From the NCBI GenBank assembly GCA_944320495.1, contig CALUHR010000005.1:64001-128000 (forward strand): a stretch of 64,000 nt of DNA, given 5' to 3'. The stretch is from Candidatus Methanomethylophilaceae archaeon. Its GTDB lineage: Archaea > Thermoplasmatota > Thermoplasmata > Methanomassiliicoccales > Methanomethylophilaceae. Under the pieces are notes generated by a model that saw nothing but the letters and a program-made list of their open reading frames with translations, made no database searches and was not told the DNA's origin. Positions 29,197 to 38,545 of the stretch are shown in pieces (the stretch's first letter is position 1; every line of letters begins with the position of its first letter). Position numbers and translations under genes: made by a program.

Positions 29197-30450
29197 TCAC
29201 TTCACGTCCTCGGCCGTGAAGATGAACTGCCCGTCCACATCGTAATCCAGGCCGTAGATGTCGACGAGCCTCTGGTGCCACTGATCGGCGTATCCCTCCC
29301 CGAAGATCTCAGGATAGAGGAACTCGGCCATGTACGCAATCCTCAGGGTCTGGGGCAGGGTGAAATCTATGACACAGAAGTTGCCGTTCTTGTAGGCGTC
29401 CATGCCCTCGATGATGGACCCGTACTTCTCGTAGAGCGCCTGGCGGCTGTCCTCCGTGGAGCTGTAGCCCATGGTGAAGATCCTAATCATATACTCGGGG
29501 TGGTAGTTGAGGACCCAGGTGCTCCTGTCGGCGTCCAGGGGCTGATATCCGGTCCAGTCCGCGACGGTCTTCCCACCGGCGAGCTCAAGGGCCGCAGTGT
29601 ACTGGTCGTCGTATCCGGCGCAGGCGAATCCGCCGTACCACACGAGGGCAGTCTTGCGCTCGGAATCGGGAACAGCGGACAGCTTCTGCTCGATTTCCGC
29701 GAGCATGTTGGTGCACCATTTCGAGTACTCCTGGGACTGCTCGACGCAGTCCACGAGGAATCCGAGAGTCAGGGCGCTGGAGGCGCTCTCGGCGCCGTCC
29801 ATACCGGCAACGCTGATGATGTCCGTGCCCATCTGGGCGTAGAGGTCCCTAGTCTCCTTGGTGATAGCCGTGGTATAGCTGGACTGAGTGATGATGGCGT
29901 CGGGTATCCCGTTGCTCGTCATGACGGTGATGTCGTCCAGGCTGCTGCTGGACAGAAGAGCAGCACCCTCGAAGCTCTGGAAAAGGACGGAGTCGGCCTT
30001 GGTGTAGCCGATGATCCTTGTGTCGTCCAGCCCGACGGCGAGGGCCATGAGCTGGGGCGAGTTGCTGAGGACCACGAATGTGTCCAGGGGCCAGGTCACG
30101 CTCTGAATCTCGTCGATGCCGTCGACGTACCAGACGACGGTCCCGTCCCTGCGGTCGATCAGGTCCTGCACGTATTCGGCGTCGGCGACGTCGACCTTGC
30201 CGTCGCGGTTGGCGTCGCAGAACTCGGTGAGCTCCACGTCGCCGTTGAGGTAGTCATTGATGTAGTCTATGTCCGCCTGGTCGATGGCGCTGTCCATATT
30301 GGCGTTGCCGAAGACCTTCAGATCGCTGCCGTAGTCCACAGTCCCTCCGCCCTCGCCGCCGCCGTCGCGCGTCAGTGTATAGGCTGCGACGACTCCGGCG
30401 ATGACGAGGATGACAACGGCGGCCACTGCGATCAGTTGCTTGCTGTTCAT
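29197..30450 (-). CDS. ABC substrate-binding protein with TM anchor and dockerin-like pair
   Basis: GNANMDSAIDQAD...CDANRDGKVDVAD; upstream of two permeases and an ATPase. Confidence 0.8.
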   Translation of the reverse strand: MNSKQLIAVAAVVILVIAGVVAAYTLTRDGGGEGGGTVDYGSDLKVFGNANMDSAIDQADIDYINDYLNGDVELTEFCDANRDGKVDVADAEYVQDLIDRRDGTVVWYVDGIDEIQSVTWPLDTFVVLSNSPQLMALAVGLDDTRIIGYTKADSVLFQSFEGAALLSSSSLDDITVMTSNGIPDAIITQSSYTTAITKETRDLYAQMGTDIISVAGMDGAESASSALTLGFLVDCVEQSQEYSKWCTNMLAEIEQKLSAVPDSERKTALVWYGGFACAGYDDQYTAALELAGGKTVADWTGYQPLDADRSTWVLNYHPEYMIRIFTMGYSSTEDSRQALYEKYGSIIEGMDAYKNGNFCVIDFTLPQTLRIAYMAEFLYPEIFGEGYADQWHQRLVDIYGLDYDVDGQFIFTAEDVK

Positions 30451-30516
30451 CTGCTCTCTCCGAATTTGGGTTTCCAGCGGACCGGACGATGACCTCCGGA
30501 TTCTCCGGCCCGTTAG

Positions 30517-30533
30517 TTGGATGTATAATCCAA
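30517..30533. promoter_or_regulatory. 17-bp operator upstream of SBP 2
   Basis: TTGGATGTATAATCCAA, reverse complement of the 22614 site; minus-strand TATA TTATATAC at 30557-30564. Confidence 0.8.
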
Positions 30534-30679
30534 TATATCTTGGAATCCTGAAGCTTGTATATAACGCCTGTCTGGGCGCCCGTCCGCCCTACCTGTAGGG
30601 GATGCGCCTCGGATGCCCGTTTCAGGGCAGTGTCCGGTGATAACGCCGGTATCCGGAGCTCAACGGAGCAAATGTATCT

Positions 30680-33600
30680 ATGATAACTGATTGCACAAAA
30701 TCGAGCAACGGCAAACTGCTCGCCGCCGTCATCGGCATGCTGATGGTCGTGTGCGCTGTTGCCGTGGTAGCGATGCCTGCCGATGCCGACGGTACCACCA
30801 AACCCACCGTCAACTTCGCCGGCGTCGATGCCGTTGACATCGCCGATGTCGAGGACCTCACCGCAGACATCGGATTCGATGCCAAAACCGGCGTCCTCAC
30901 CGTCACCGAGGACACCGTCCTGAACATCACCGGAACCCTCGGTTCCGCCACCGCCCCCGCCATCGAGCAGATTATCCTGAAGGCCGACCTGCAGATCCAG
31001 GGAAGCGGAAGCCTCTACGTCGCCAACTCCGGCGCTGGAGTGAGCACCGTCATCTTCGCCGCCGATGGAGCCATCCTCAGCATCACCGACGGAGTCATCG
31101 TCAACCTCGATGCCGACGGAGACCAGTCCTTCGTCATCAACAACGGTGTCAGCAAAGAGGTCACCGACGTCAAGAACGTCACCGCCCTCCTCAGCGTCAC
31201 CGACAAGGCGACCCTGAACATCACCCACACTCTCGGAAAGTCCACCTGGTACAACGCCGACGGCAACACCGCCAGCGAGACCTACATGGACGTCGACAAC
31301 GCCACCGTCAACTTCAACGAGAGCCACTCCGTCCAGGGAGTCGTCCTGACCGCCACCAACAAGGCGGCCATCAACCTCAACGACACCGATGCCACCGGAA
31401 TGGTCCTGAAGGACGGATCCGTCATCTCCGACTCCACCGTCGCCCTCGACGGAGCCAAGTACGCCGGACTCTACCTGAAGGGAACCGTCACCGTCGAGAA
31501 CGGATCCTCAGTCACTGTGAAGAACGCCGACCAGGGCGAGGCCTCCTATCCCGGAATCAACGTCGAGAACGTCTCTGGAGAGACCTCCGAGCTGAAGATC
31601 GACGCTACCTCCAGCGTGGCCACCACCGACGTCGGATTCGCCACCGCGACCTCCAAGAGCTTCACCATCTCCGGATCCGGATCCTTCTCTGGAGACCTCA
31701 CCGCCGGAAAGAGCACCGAGACCACCAAGACCTACACCCTGAACGGAGTCACCGTCGGCGACATGGCTGTCGATGAGAACATAACCGTCGCAGCTGGAAC
31801 CGCTGGAGTCGTTCTGGATGGTACTGTCGACCTCTCCAAGGCCACCGTTTCCAGCTACAGCGGAATGATCATCGGAGCCGATGCCAAAGCCACTCTGAAA
31901 TCCGATGCCACCGGATACAATGTGCTTCCCGGAGCCACCGTCAGCGGACCTACCACTGCAGTTACCCCTAGCTCCACTATCGAGGCCACCACTACCAACT
32001 TCGCCACCGTTGCCGGCATGGACAACGTCACCGTCTACCTCCCCTCCTCTGATGTCACCCTTTCCGAGAACCTCGTTATCGGAAACGGCACCACTGTCGA
32101 CTACAAGGAGGGCAGCAACGGAGGCGCCATCGTGCTCGGTTCCGGAGAGAACAAATACACCATCACCGGAAGCGGAGCCTTCCACGCAAAGGTGAAGTCC
32201 GTTGACACCAAGAACTTCTTCGAGCTCAACATCAACGGATCCTACGCCATCGCCGACGGTTCCGTCGAGCTGAACGGATCCCTCGTCGAGACCAACGTCG
32301 TGACCCTCAGGTCCGGAGAGATGGTCCTCACCGGCAACCTGTCCGGAGAGCTGTCCTTCGTGGCCGACCAGACCAACATTCCCGCAGCTGAAACCACCGT
32401 CGTCTTCAAGGACTTCACCGTGAGCCCCGGAGCCGTCATGACCCTCGTCGCCGACAGCAACGTCTCCTACGAGTCCGAGGACAACTTCTATCTCTACGGA
32501 AGGCTGAACTCCGCCCAGGATGTCGCCATCGACGTCCAGGCCGATTCCACCTTTAAGGCGTTCACCGGAGCCAACATCCAGCAGACCGTCACCGTCCAGG
32601 CCGATTCCGTGACTGCCAACGACAAGACCGTCATCGACCTCGACGACGCGATGATGACCCTCACCATCAACGACGACCTCGCCTCCACCAACACCTACTC
32701 CCAGGTCCAGACCCTGGTCATCGCGGACACCCTGAACATCACCCCCGACGTGACTATCACCGTCATGGGTCAGTTCATCGTCAACGAGGGAGTCACCCTG
32801 ACCATCCAGAACGGAGCCACCCTCAAAATCAGCGGCCCCGTCGCCAAGATGATCGTCAACGGAAACGTCGAGGTCGAGGAGGGCGGAGCCATCATCGTCG
32901 AGGACGGAGAGGGAATCACCGTCACCGGCGCCATCGAGTCCGACGGAACCTTCACCGTCAACGGAAAGGTCACCATCGAGGAGAACGGAAAGGTCACCAT
33001 CGACAACGGCGACAAGTCCGTCATCAACGTCACCGACGACCTCACCGTCAAGGCCGGCGGAGAGCTCGAGATCAGGGGAGAGATGTCCATCGCCAAGATG
33101 TACAACTCCGGCACCGTCGTTCTCAACGGCGCCAACCTCACGAAATCCAACTCCACCATCAACATGGCCGCCAACGGCGCCGTCGTGGACATCCAGTCCT
33201 TCACCGCCGACAAGACCATCGACCTCATCATCACCGACGACGGAATGAAGCTCGGAAAGAACGGAGATGTCGAGTACTCCGTCGGAATGAACGCGGACTA
33301 CAAGTCCAACAGCATCACCTTCAACGGTGATGCGACCTACGACGGAGTCGGAATCAGGGGAGTCACCGTCACCGAGGCCTCCTCCTTCGCCGTCAAGGCC
33401 GACAAGACCGTCGAGATCTCCTACAGCATGTCCATCGCCGGAACCGCCGCCATCGTCGACGACAGCGAGCCCCAGAACAACAAGACCTTCTCCGATGCCG
33501 AGACGAAATACACCATCGGAATCGACGCCAAGGACTTCAGGGTCCTCGCCGACTCCGAGTTCAACCTCGGATCCTATGTTGTGTTCAATGTCACCGGCGA

Positions 33601-35932
33601 GCTGACCGTCGCCGGAACCATGAACGCCGTCAACACCGAGTCCAAGATCACCAACGGCGGTGTCATCGACGTCACCGGAATGATCACCGTTCTGGAGGAG
33701 GGTGAGATCAAGCAGCCGACCATCAACGCCGCCTCCTACGAGGCCACCGTCAACGGCAACACCTACGTCTACTACACCACCCTGAACAACGCCATCGCCA
33801 ACGGAGCCACCGAGATCGTGGTCCACGGAACCGTCAAGGTCACCGAGTCCGTCACCATCCCGACCGGCACCGAGGTCAAGGCCGACACCGGAGCCAAGAT
33901 GGAGATCGGCGAGGACGACAACAGGGATGTCGTCGTCACCGTCGAGAACGGCGCCACCGTCAGGAACTTCAACGCCGGAATCACCGTCTACGGAACCCTG
34001 GACTTCGCCAACGCCAAGGACAACAAGTCCAACATCATCATCAGCGACGTCTCGGTCTCCAACGAGCCCGGAATCACCTACACCAACATCTACACCGCCC
34101 TCGGCGACGCCGTCGACGGAGATGTGGTCACCATCACCAAGCTCAAGGCCACCCAGGGAGCCGTCGTCCTCAACGCCGACATCACCGTCCCCGCCGGAGT
34201 CACCCTCGTGATCCCCGCGGCCGCGGAGGTCCAGGTCAACGACGACGTCACCGTCACCATCGACGGAACCGTCCAGATGCTCGGAACCATCGTCTCCGAG
34301 AGCACCGACGGATTCTACAGGTACACCGACGCCACCATGACCGACGAGAAGGACGAGTTCTCCGAGATCGTCGTCAACGGAACCCTGATGTCCATGGGAG
34401 CCATCCCCTACGCCACCCAGGGCGAGAACTACGGATACTACATCGCCGGAGCCTACTACTGGCTCGTCAGCACCGCCGGTAACTTCTACTACGTGACCCC
34501 CGTCGCCCAGGCCGCAGCTGTCTCCAACGACGTCACCAACGGAGCCATCGAGATCTACGGCGCCAACACCGCCGGAGACGTCGACTTCACCGGCGACTCC
34601 ACCACCGTCGTCACCGTCACCCTCATGGCCGACGCCTCTCTCACCGCGAGCAGCGTCACCCTGAGCTACGCCACCCTCGACGTCGACAAGAACACCGGCG
34701 TCGCCTTCACCGGAACCGTCGACTCCGCCGTCGGATCCGTCACCGTCGCCAACATCGACGGTGTCGTCTTCACCGACGCCACCACCGACGGAACCGAGTA
34801 CCTCTACGTCACCGGAAGCCCCGTCCAGGCCGATGAGGACGGAGCCGATGCGACCGTGACCGTCGCCACCGGCAACGTCTCCGTCTCCGGACAGCTCTTC
34901 GTCGACGGACTCGAGGAGTTCGCCATCGCCGAGGGTGCCACCATGACCGTCGGAAAGGGCGCGACCCTGACCGCCACCCTGAACGCCGACAAGGAGATCA
35001 CCGTGGACGGAACCCTCATCGCCACCAACGGCGGAAAGGTCATCGCCTACACCCTCAACGTCAGCGGAACCTTCACCGTCGCCGCCAAGACCGACAGCGC
35101 CGCCGCCGGAGAGGCCGAGATCTACTACATCAACGTCGGAATCTCCGTCGATGACGATGGGGACTACGTCGACGCCACCGCGGCCACCGCCACCCTCGAC
35201 GGAGTCAAGAACCTCAAGCAGGTCGCCGTCTCCGCCGAGTCCACCGTCACCGGCGCCCAGCTCGAGGACATGAAGTCCACCGAGTTCTACGTCGAGGACG
35301 CCCTCTGGATGACCGTCTACGTCGTTGCCAACAACAACGTCTCCGTCAACAACTTCGAGCCCGGAGACCTCGTCAACAGCGCCTTCTCCAACTGGAAGGA
35401 CGCCGAGGGCAACAGCACGATCGGTGCCAAGAACCCCTACGTCGGAGCCGCCGGATTCGAGAAGGTCTACGCTGTTATCAACTACGAGATCTACACCGTC
35501 TTCGTCCTGGCCAACCAGGCCGTCGACGACGTCTTCATCGACGGAAGCCTGATGACCTATGGAATGTACCAGATTGGTAACCCCGATGACGGAACTGCTC
35601 AGTACGTCAACGCGTACATGGCCGTCGTCGCCGCCGGTGACCATACCATCAGCTACACCCTGAAGAACGGATACTCCGGAGACGGAGTCCTCACCGTCAA
35701 CGGCGAGAAGATGTCTGGACTGACCTTCAGCACCTCCGATGCCGAGGGCTACGGATACAGCCTCACCCTGACTGGATTCGAGAAGACCGGCTACGTCCCC
35801 GAGTCCCCCGACACCGGCGACAGCGACTCCGCTGACACCGGAATGACGATCACCGACTACCTGCTGATCGTCCTCGTCGTCCTCATCGTCGTCATGGCCA
35901 TCATCGTGGCCATGAGGCTCATGAGGAGCTGA
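30680..35932 (+). CDS. Very large surface protein (1750 aa), candidate major envelope/S-layer protein
   Basis: Signal peptide ending PADA, T/V/D/G/N-rich beta content, C-terminal TM TDYLLIVLVVLIVVMAIIVAMRLMRS, extreme C-ending codon bias. Confidence 0.85.
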   Translation: MITDCTKSSNGKLLAAVIGMLMVVCAVAVVAMPADADGTTKPTVNFAGVDAVDIADVEDLTADIGFDAKTGVLTVTEDTVLNITGTLGSATAPAIEQIILKADLQIQGSGSLYVANSGAGVSTVIFAADGAILSITDGVIVNLDADGDQSFVINNGVSKEVTDVKNVTALLSVTDKATLNITHTLGKSTWYNADGNTASETYMDVDNATVNFNESHSVQGVVLTATNKAAINLNDTDATGMVLKDGSVISDSTVALDGAKYAGLYLKGTVTVENGSSVTVKNADQGEASYPGINVENVSGETSELKIDATSSVATTDVGFATATSKSFTISGSGSFSGDLTAGKSTETTKTYTLNGVTVGDMAVDENITVAAGTAGVVLDGTVDLSKATVSSYSGMIIGADAKATLKSDATGYNVLPGATVSGPTTAVTPSSTIEATTTNFATVAGMDNVTVYLPSSDVTLSENLVIGNGTTVDYKEGSNGGAIVLGSGENKYTITGSGAFHAKVKSVDTKNFFELNINGSYAIADGSVELNGSLVETNVVTLRSGEMVLTGNLSGELSFVADQTNIPAAETTVVFKDFTVSPGAVMTLVADSNVSYESEDNFYLYGRLNSAQDVAIDVQADSTFKAFTGANIQQTVTVQADSVTANDKTVIDLDDAMMTLTINDDLASTNTYSQVQTLVIADTLNITPDVTITVMGQFIVNEGVTLTIQNGATLKISGPVAKMIVNGNVEVEEGGAIIVEDGEGITVTGAIESDGTFTVNGKVTIEENGKVTIDNGDKSVINVTDDLTVKAGGELEIRGEMSIAKMYNSGTVVLNGANLTKSNSTINMAANGAVVDIQSFTADKTIDLIITDDGMKLGKNGDVEYSVGMNADYKSNSITFNGDATYDGVGIRGVTVTEASSFAVKADKTVEISYSMSIAGTAAIVDDSEPQNNKTFSDAETKYTIGIDAKDFRVLADSEFNLGSYVVFNVTGELTVAGTMNAVNTESKITNGGVIDVTGMITVLEEGEIKQPTINAASYEATVNGNTYVYYTTLNNAIANGATEIVVHGTVKVTESVTIPTGTEVKADTGAKMEIGEDDNRDVVVTVENGATVRNFNAGITVYGTLDFANAKDNKSNIIISDVSVSNEPGITYTNIYTALGDAVDGDVVTITKLKATQGAVVLNADITVPAGVTLVIPAAAEVQVNDDVTVTIDGTVQMLGTIVSESTDGFYRYTDATMTDEKDEFSEIVVNGTLMSMGAIPYATQGENYGYYIAGAYYWLVSTAGNFYYVTPVAQAAAVSNDVTNGAIEIYGANTAGDVDFTGDSTTVVTVTLMADASLTASSVTLSYATLDVDKNTGVAFTGTVDSAVGSVTVANIDGVVFTDATTDGTEYLYVTGSPVQADEDGADATVTVATGNVSVSGQLFVDGLEEFAIAEGATMTVGKGATLTATLNADKEITVDGTLIATNGGKVIAYTLNVSGTFTVAAKTDSAAAGEAEIYYINVGISVDDDGDYVDATAATATLDGVKNLKQVAVSAESTVTGAQLEDMKSTEFYVEDALWMTVYVVANNNVSVNNFEPGDLVNSAFSNWKDAEGNSTIGAKNPYVGAAGFEKVYAVINYEIYTVFVLANQAVDDVFIDGSLMTYGMYQIGNPDDGTAQYVNAYMAVVAAGDHTISYTLKNGYSGDGVLTVNGEKMSGLTFSTSDAEGYGYSLTLTGFEKTGYVPESPDTGDSDSADTGMTITDYLLIVLVVLIVVMAIIVAMRLMRS

Positions 35933-35967
35933 AGCGACCTATCCCAGTAACCTGAACAGGAAACCCC

Positions 35968-35989
35968 GAGAGGTCCGCAAGGACCTCTC
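35968..35989 (+). terminator. Hairpin with GCAA tetraloop after the giant surface gene
   Basis: GAGAGGTCC-GCAA-GGACCTCTC. Confidence 0.55.
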
Positions 35990-36308
35990 CTAAGGGATGG
36001 GGAGAACCGTCCGACAAGACAGTGCCAGAAACCTGAAGAGCAAACGCCGACGGCTCCGAACGGAGACCGTCCCGCCCCGTCCGAGCGTCGCAGACGCCCG
36101 GCCGGGGCATCATTCTCATAACCCTCTGGTGAGCCTACGGTTTATAATGCCCATCTACATTCTGGCAAATCAGCCCGAACATCTCGATGGATATTGATCG
36201 CGTTGAACGGCAAAACACACTGCCCTCGCATAATGAGCTGGATAACAGACGGCGCCACGGATCCTCCATCGGAACCTGTGGATGCAGTCGATGATTCCGA
36301 AGACACCC

Positions 36309-37163
36309 TCACCCGATGAGGAACCAGAGCAAAGCATCGATTCCGAGCAAAGCGAGGAAGACGACGTTGAGTGTGACAGCAGCACCGTTGTCAAGGGCGG
36401 CCGACCATCCCCTCTCAAGCAGTTTCCCTTCGCGGCGAGGCCTTTGTCTGCCGGCCATGATCTTCTGTATCGCCATCAATAGGAACACGATGATGTTGAG
36501 CACCACGATGGCGCAGAGCATGACGACGAACACGCTCTCGAATATCGGTACCTCCGACACAGCGGTCATCGCATCCCCGATGAGACTCAGGCCCCCAGTG
36601 AACGTCATCACGATGGCCGCGAATATCCCGAGGATGGCGACCATCTCCATCTGGATGCGGGAAGCCTTGTCCTTGGCCTCGTTCAGATCGCTTGTCGCCT
36701 GCTCGAGTTCCTCTTTGAGCTCTCCCACACGCGCGCTCATCTTGGCCAGGTCCTGATCGCTTGCCATCAGGCGCCTCTCGAAATCGGCCTGATCCCTGTA
36801 CCTCTGGATCTCGATGGCGACATGATCGCAGAGCTTATGCAGACCCCAGAACGTCTCGGAGTTGTACTCCGGATACTCGTTGACGAAATCGCGGAGCTTG
36901 CGGAGATTGTACGTCAGCGTATCGAGAGGACCATCGGACTCCGAGCGGTCATTGGTCTGAGTCTCTTCCGAATCGGCGACGCCGAACTGACGATATCCGT
37001 CGTTCCCGCCGATAAGCCTGACATACGTCAGTATGTCGGAGTACTCGTTGCGATACCCGTCCTTGTAAATCTCCACTGCACGTTGAGCCAGACGCCTGAG
37101 ATCGTCGTCACCCAGCGAAGACTGCTCTTTGCTAAGGTCCACCAACAGATCGCGTACCTTCAC
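36309..37163 (-). CDS. Coiled-coil plus C-terminal 3-TM protein, candidate toxin partner of Panacea
   Basis: Heptad-rich middle, ILGIFAAIVMTFTGG TM segment; directly downstream of the DUF4065 gene; start uncertain. Confidence 0.7.
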   Translation of the reverse strand: MKVRDLLVDLSKEQSSLGDDDLRRLAQRAVEIYKDGYRNEYSDILTYVRLIGGNDGYRQFGVADSEETQTNDRSESDGPLDTLTYNLRKLRDFVNEYPEYNSETFWGLHKLCDHVAIEIQRYRDQADFERRLMASDQDLAKMSARVGELKEELEQATSDLNEAKDKASRIQMEMVAILGIFAAIVMTFTGGLSLIGDAMTAVSEVPIFESVFVVMLCAIVVLNIIVFLLMAIQKIMAGRQRPRREGKLLERGWSAALDNGAAVTLNVVFLALLGIDALLWFLIG

Positions 37164-37189
37164 TGACCTGCGGTGACTCTCATCGGAGG

Positions 37190-37630
37190 TCAGATACTGG
37201 GACGTCTGGCCTCCGCCTCCATATCCGCGTAAGGGATTACGTTCTTCTCCCCCGGAACATAATTCCTCTTCCAAGGAGCTGATTCGTGAGACTTCTCCAC
37301 GATCCTGCCCAATCCGACATCCTTGTATTCCCTGAGTATCCCCAGCAGGAAATCGGACGTGTCCTTGTTGATCTCCTGAGACGGAGGGAACGTAGCCATT
37401 ATGGTGTTTCCGGCGAAGCGCCAGAAATCATAATAGACCGATGGGACGACGGGGCCGTACTTCCATGCCTGGAACTCCTCGTCCTCGAAGAGAGGACCGC
37501 GACCCGAGGCGGCATGCTCCAACCAGGCGAAGTAGAGAAGCTTCTGGAGCTTCAGGTTGGAGATCCAGATCCCATTATCTATCGACAGCTGGACCATGCG
37601 CCTGCCGATATCCTTCGCGGTATAGGCCAT
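37190..37630 (-). CDS. Panacea (DUF4065/GepA/SocA-like) antitoxin-family protein
   Basis: ISNLKLQKLLYFA...FQAWKYGPVVPSVY. Confidence 0.85.
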   Translation of the reverse strand: MAYTAKDIGRRMVQLSIDNGIWISNLKLQKLLYFAWLEHAASGRGPLFEDEEFQAWKYGPVVPSVYYDFWRFAGNTIMATFPPSQEINKDTSDFLLGILREYKDVGLGRIVEKSHESAPWKRNYVPGEKNVIPYADMEAEARRPSI

Positions 37631-37872
37631 GATAAGTAGTTCCAGAAACGGTATCACTGGAGTAGTATATCATGAGTGTCCTGCTCTCAGAGAACATCTG
37701 GCTATCCGCCACTGGGACATCTGGCTGGCGACATCCCTATTCAACATCGTTACAAACTGGATATCCGCCGATGGAGGGTTGCCGACCACCCTCCATCGAC
37801 GTCCAATCCTCTTGATTCATCCTAGCGAATTTGTGTTGCTTTGGCAGGGGGCAGATCTCATCCGCCCTCCCC

Positions 37873-38451
37873 TCACTCCGGATTCAGCCTCACGATCGCC
37901 TCGACCATGTTCTGCACGAGGGACCTTATCCCCTTCATCCCCTGCACGTCGTCCTCGTACTCCGGGGACACCAGGGACCTCACGATCGGCATGGGGTTCG
38001 ACCCGCACACCAGCATCCCGTTCTTCAGCATGAAGTCCACCAGCTGGTTGTACACCATCGTCGCACCGTCGTGCCCGCACACCGCGAACGCTCCCCCGAC
38101 CTTCCCCCTCAGGCCCAAGTCGCCCTTCTCCAGCACCAGCATCGCCCTCTCCAGGAAGGTCTGCATCATGCTGGGGCAGGCGTTCATGTACACCGGCGCT
38201 GCCATGATGATGCCATCAGCCGCCCTCAGCCTGTCGAGGATGTCATTCAATCCGTCGTCCTCGTCGTAGCACCTGCCGTCCCCGCGTATCTCGCAGGTCA
38301 TGCAGACGTTGCAGTTCGTCAGCGTGTAATCGTAGATCGAGATCGTCTCCATCTCTATCCCCTCGCGCTCGAACATGTCCGCCACCTCGTGGAGGATGTT
38401 GCTGCAGTTCCCCATGGGACGGGGACTCCCGTTGACGGCGATGACCTTCAT
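37873..38451 (-). CDS. isf: Iron-sulfur flavoprotein / flavodoxin family
   Basis: INGSPR-like start VNGSPR, CNVCMTC-x7-C, AAPVY. Confidence 0.8.
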   Translation of the reverse strand: MKVIAVNGSPRPMGNCSNILHEVADMFEREGIEMETISIYDYTLTNCNVCMTCEIRGDGRCYDEDDGLNDILDRLRAADGIIMAAPVYMNACPSMMQTFLERAMLVLEKGDLGLRGKVGGAFAVCGHDGATMVYNQLVDFMLKNGMLVCGSNPMPIVRSLVSPEYEDDVQGMKGIRSLVQNMVEAIVRLNPE

Positions 38452-38545
38452 GCCCCGGCCATCGCGACACCCGCCTTAACAATATCCGTCGTATGCGCGC
38501 ATACCTTAATACCCGAAGACCCTTCACGCCGTTACAGGTGAGCAG

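Noticed and set aside
31508-35644. 1378-aa antisense ORF and many other long overlapping ORFs in the track
   Set aside because: Shadow frames produced by high GC and C-ending codon bias of the real genes; no recognisable motifs.
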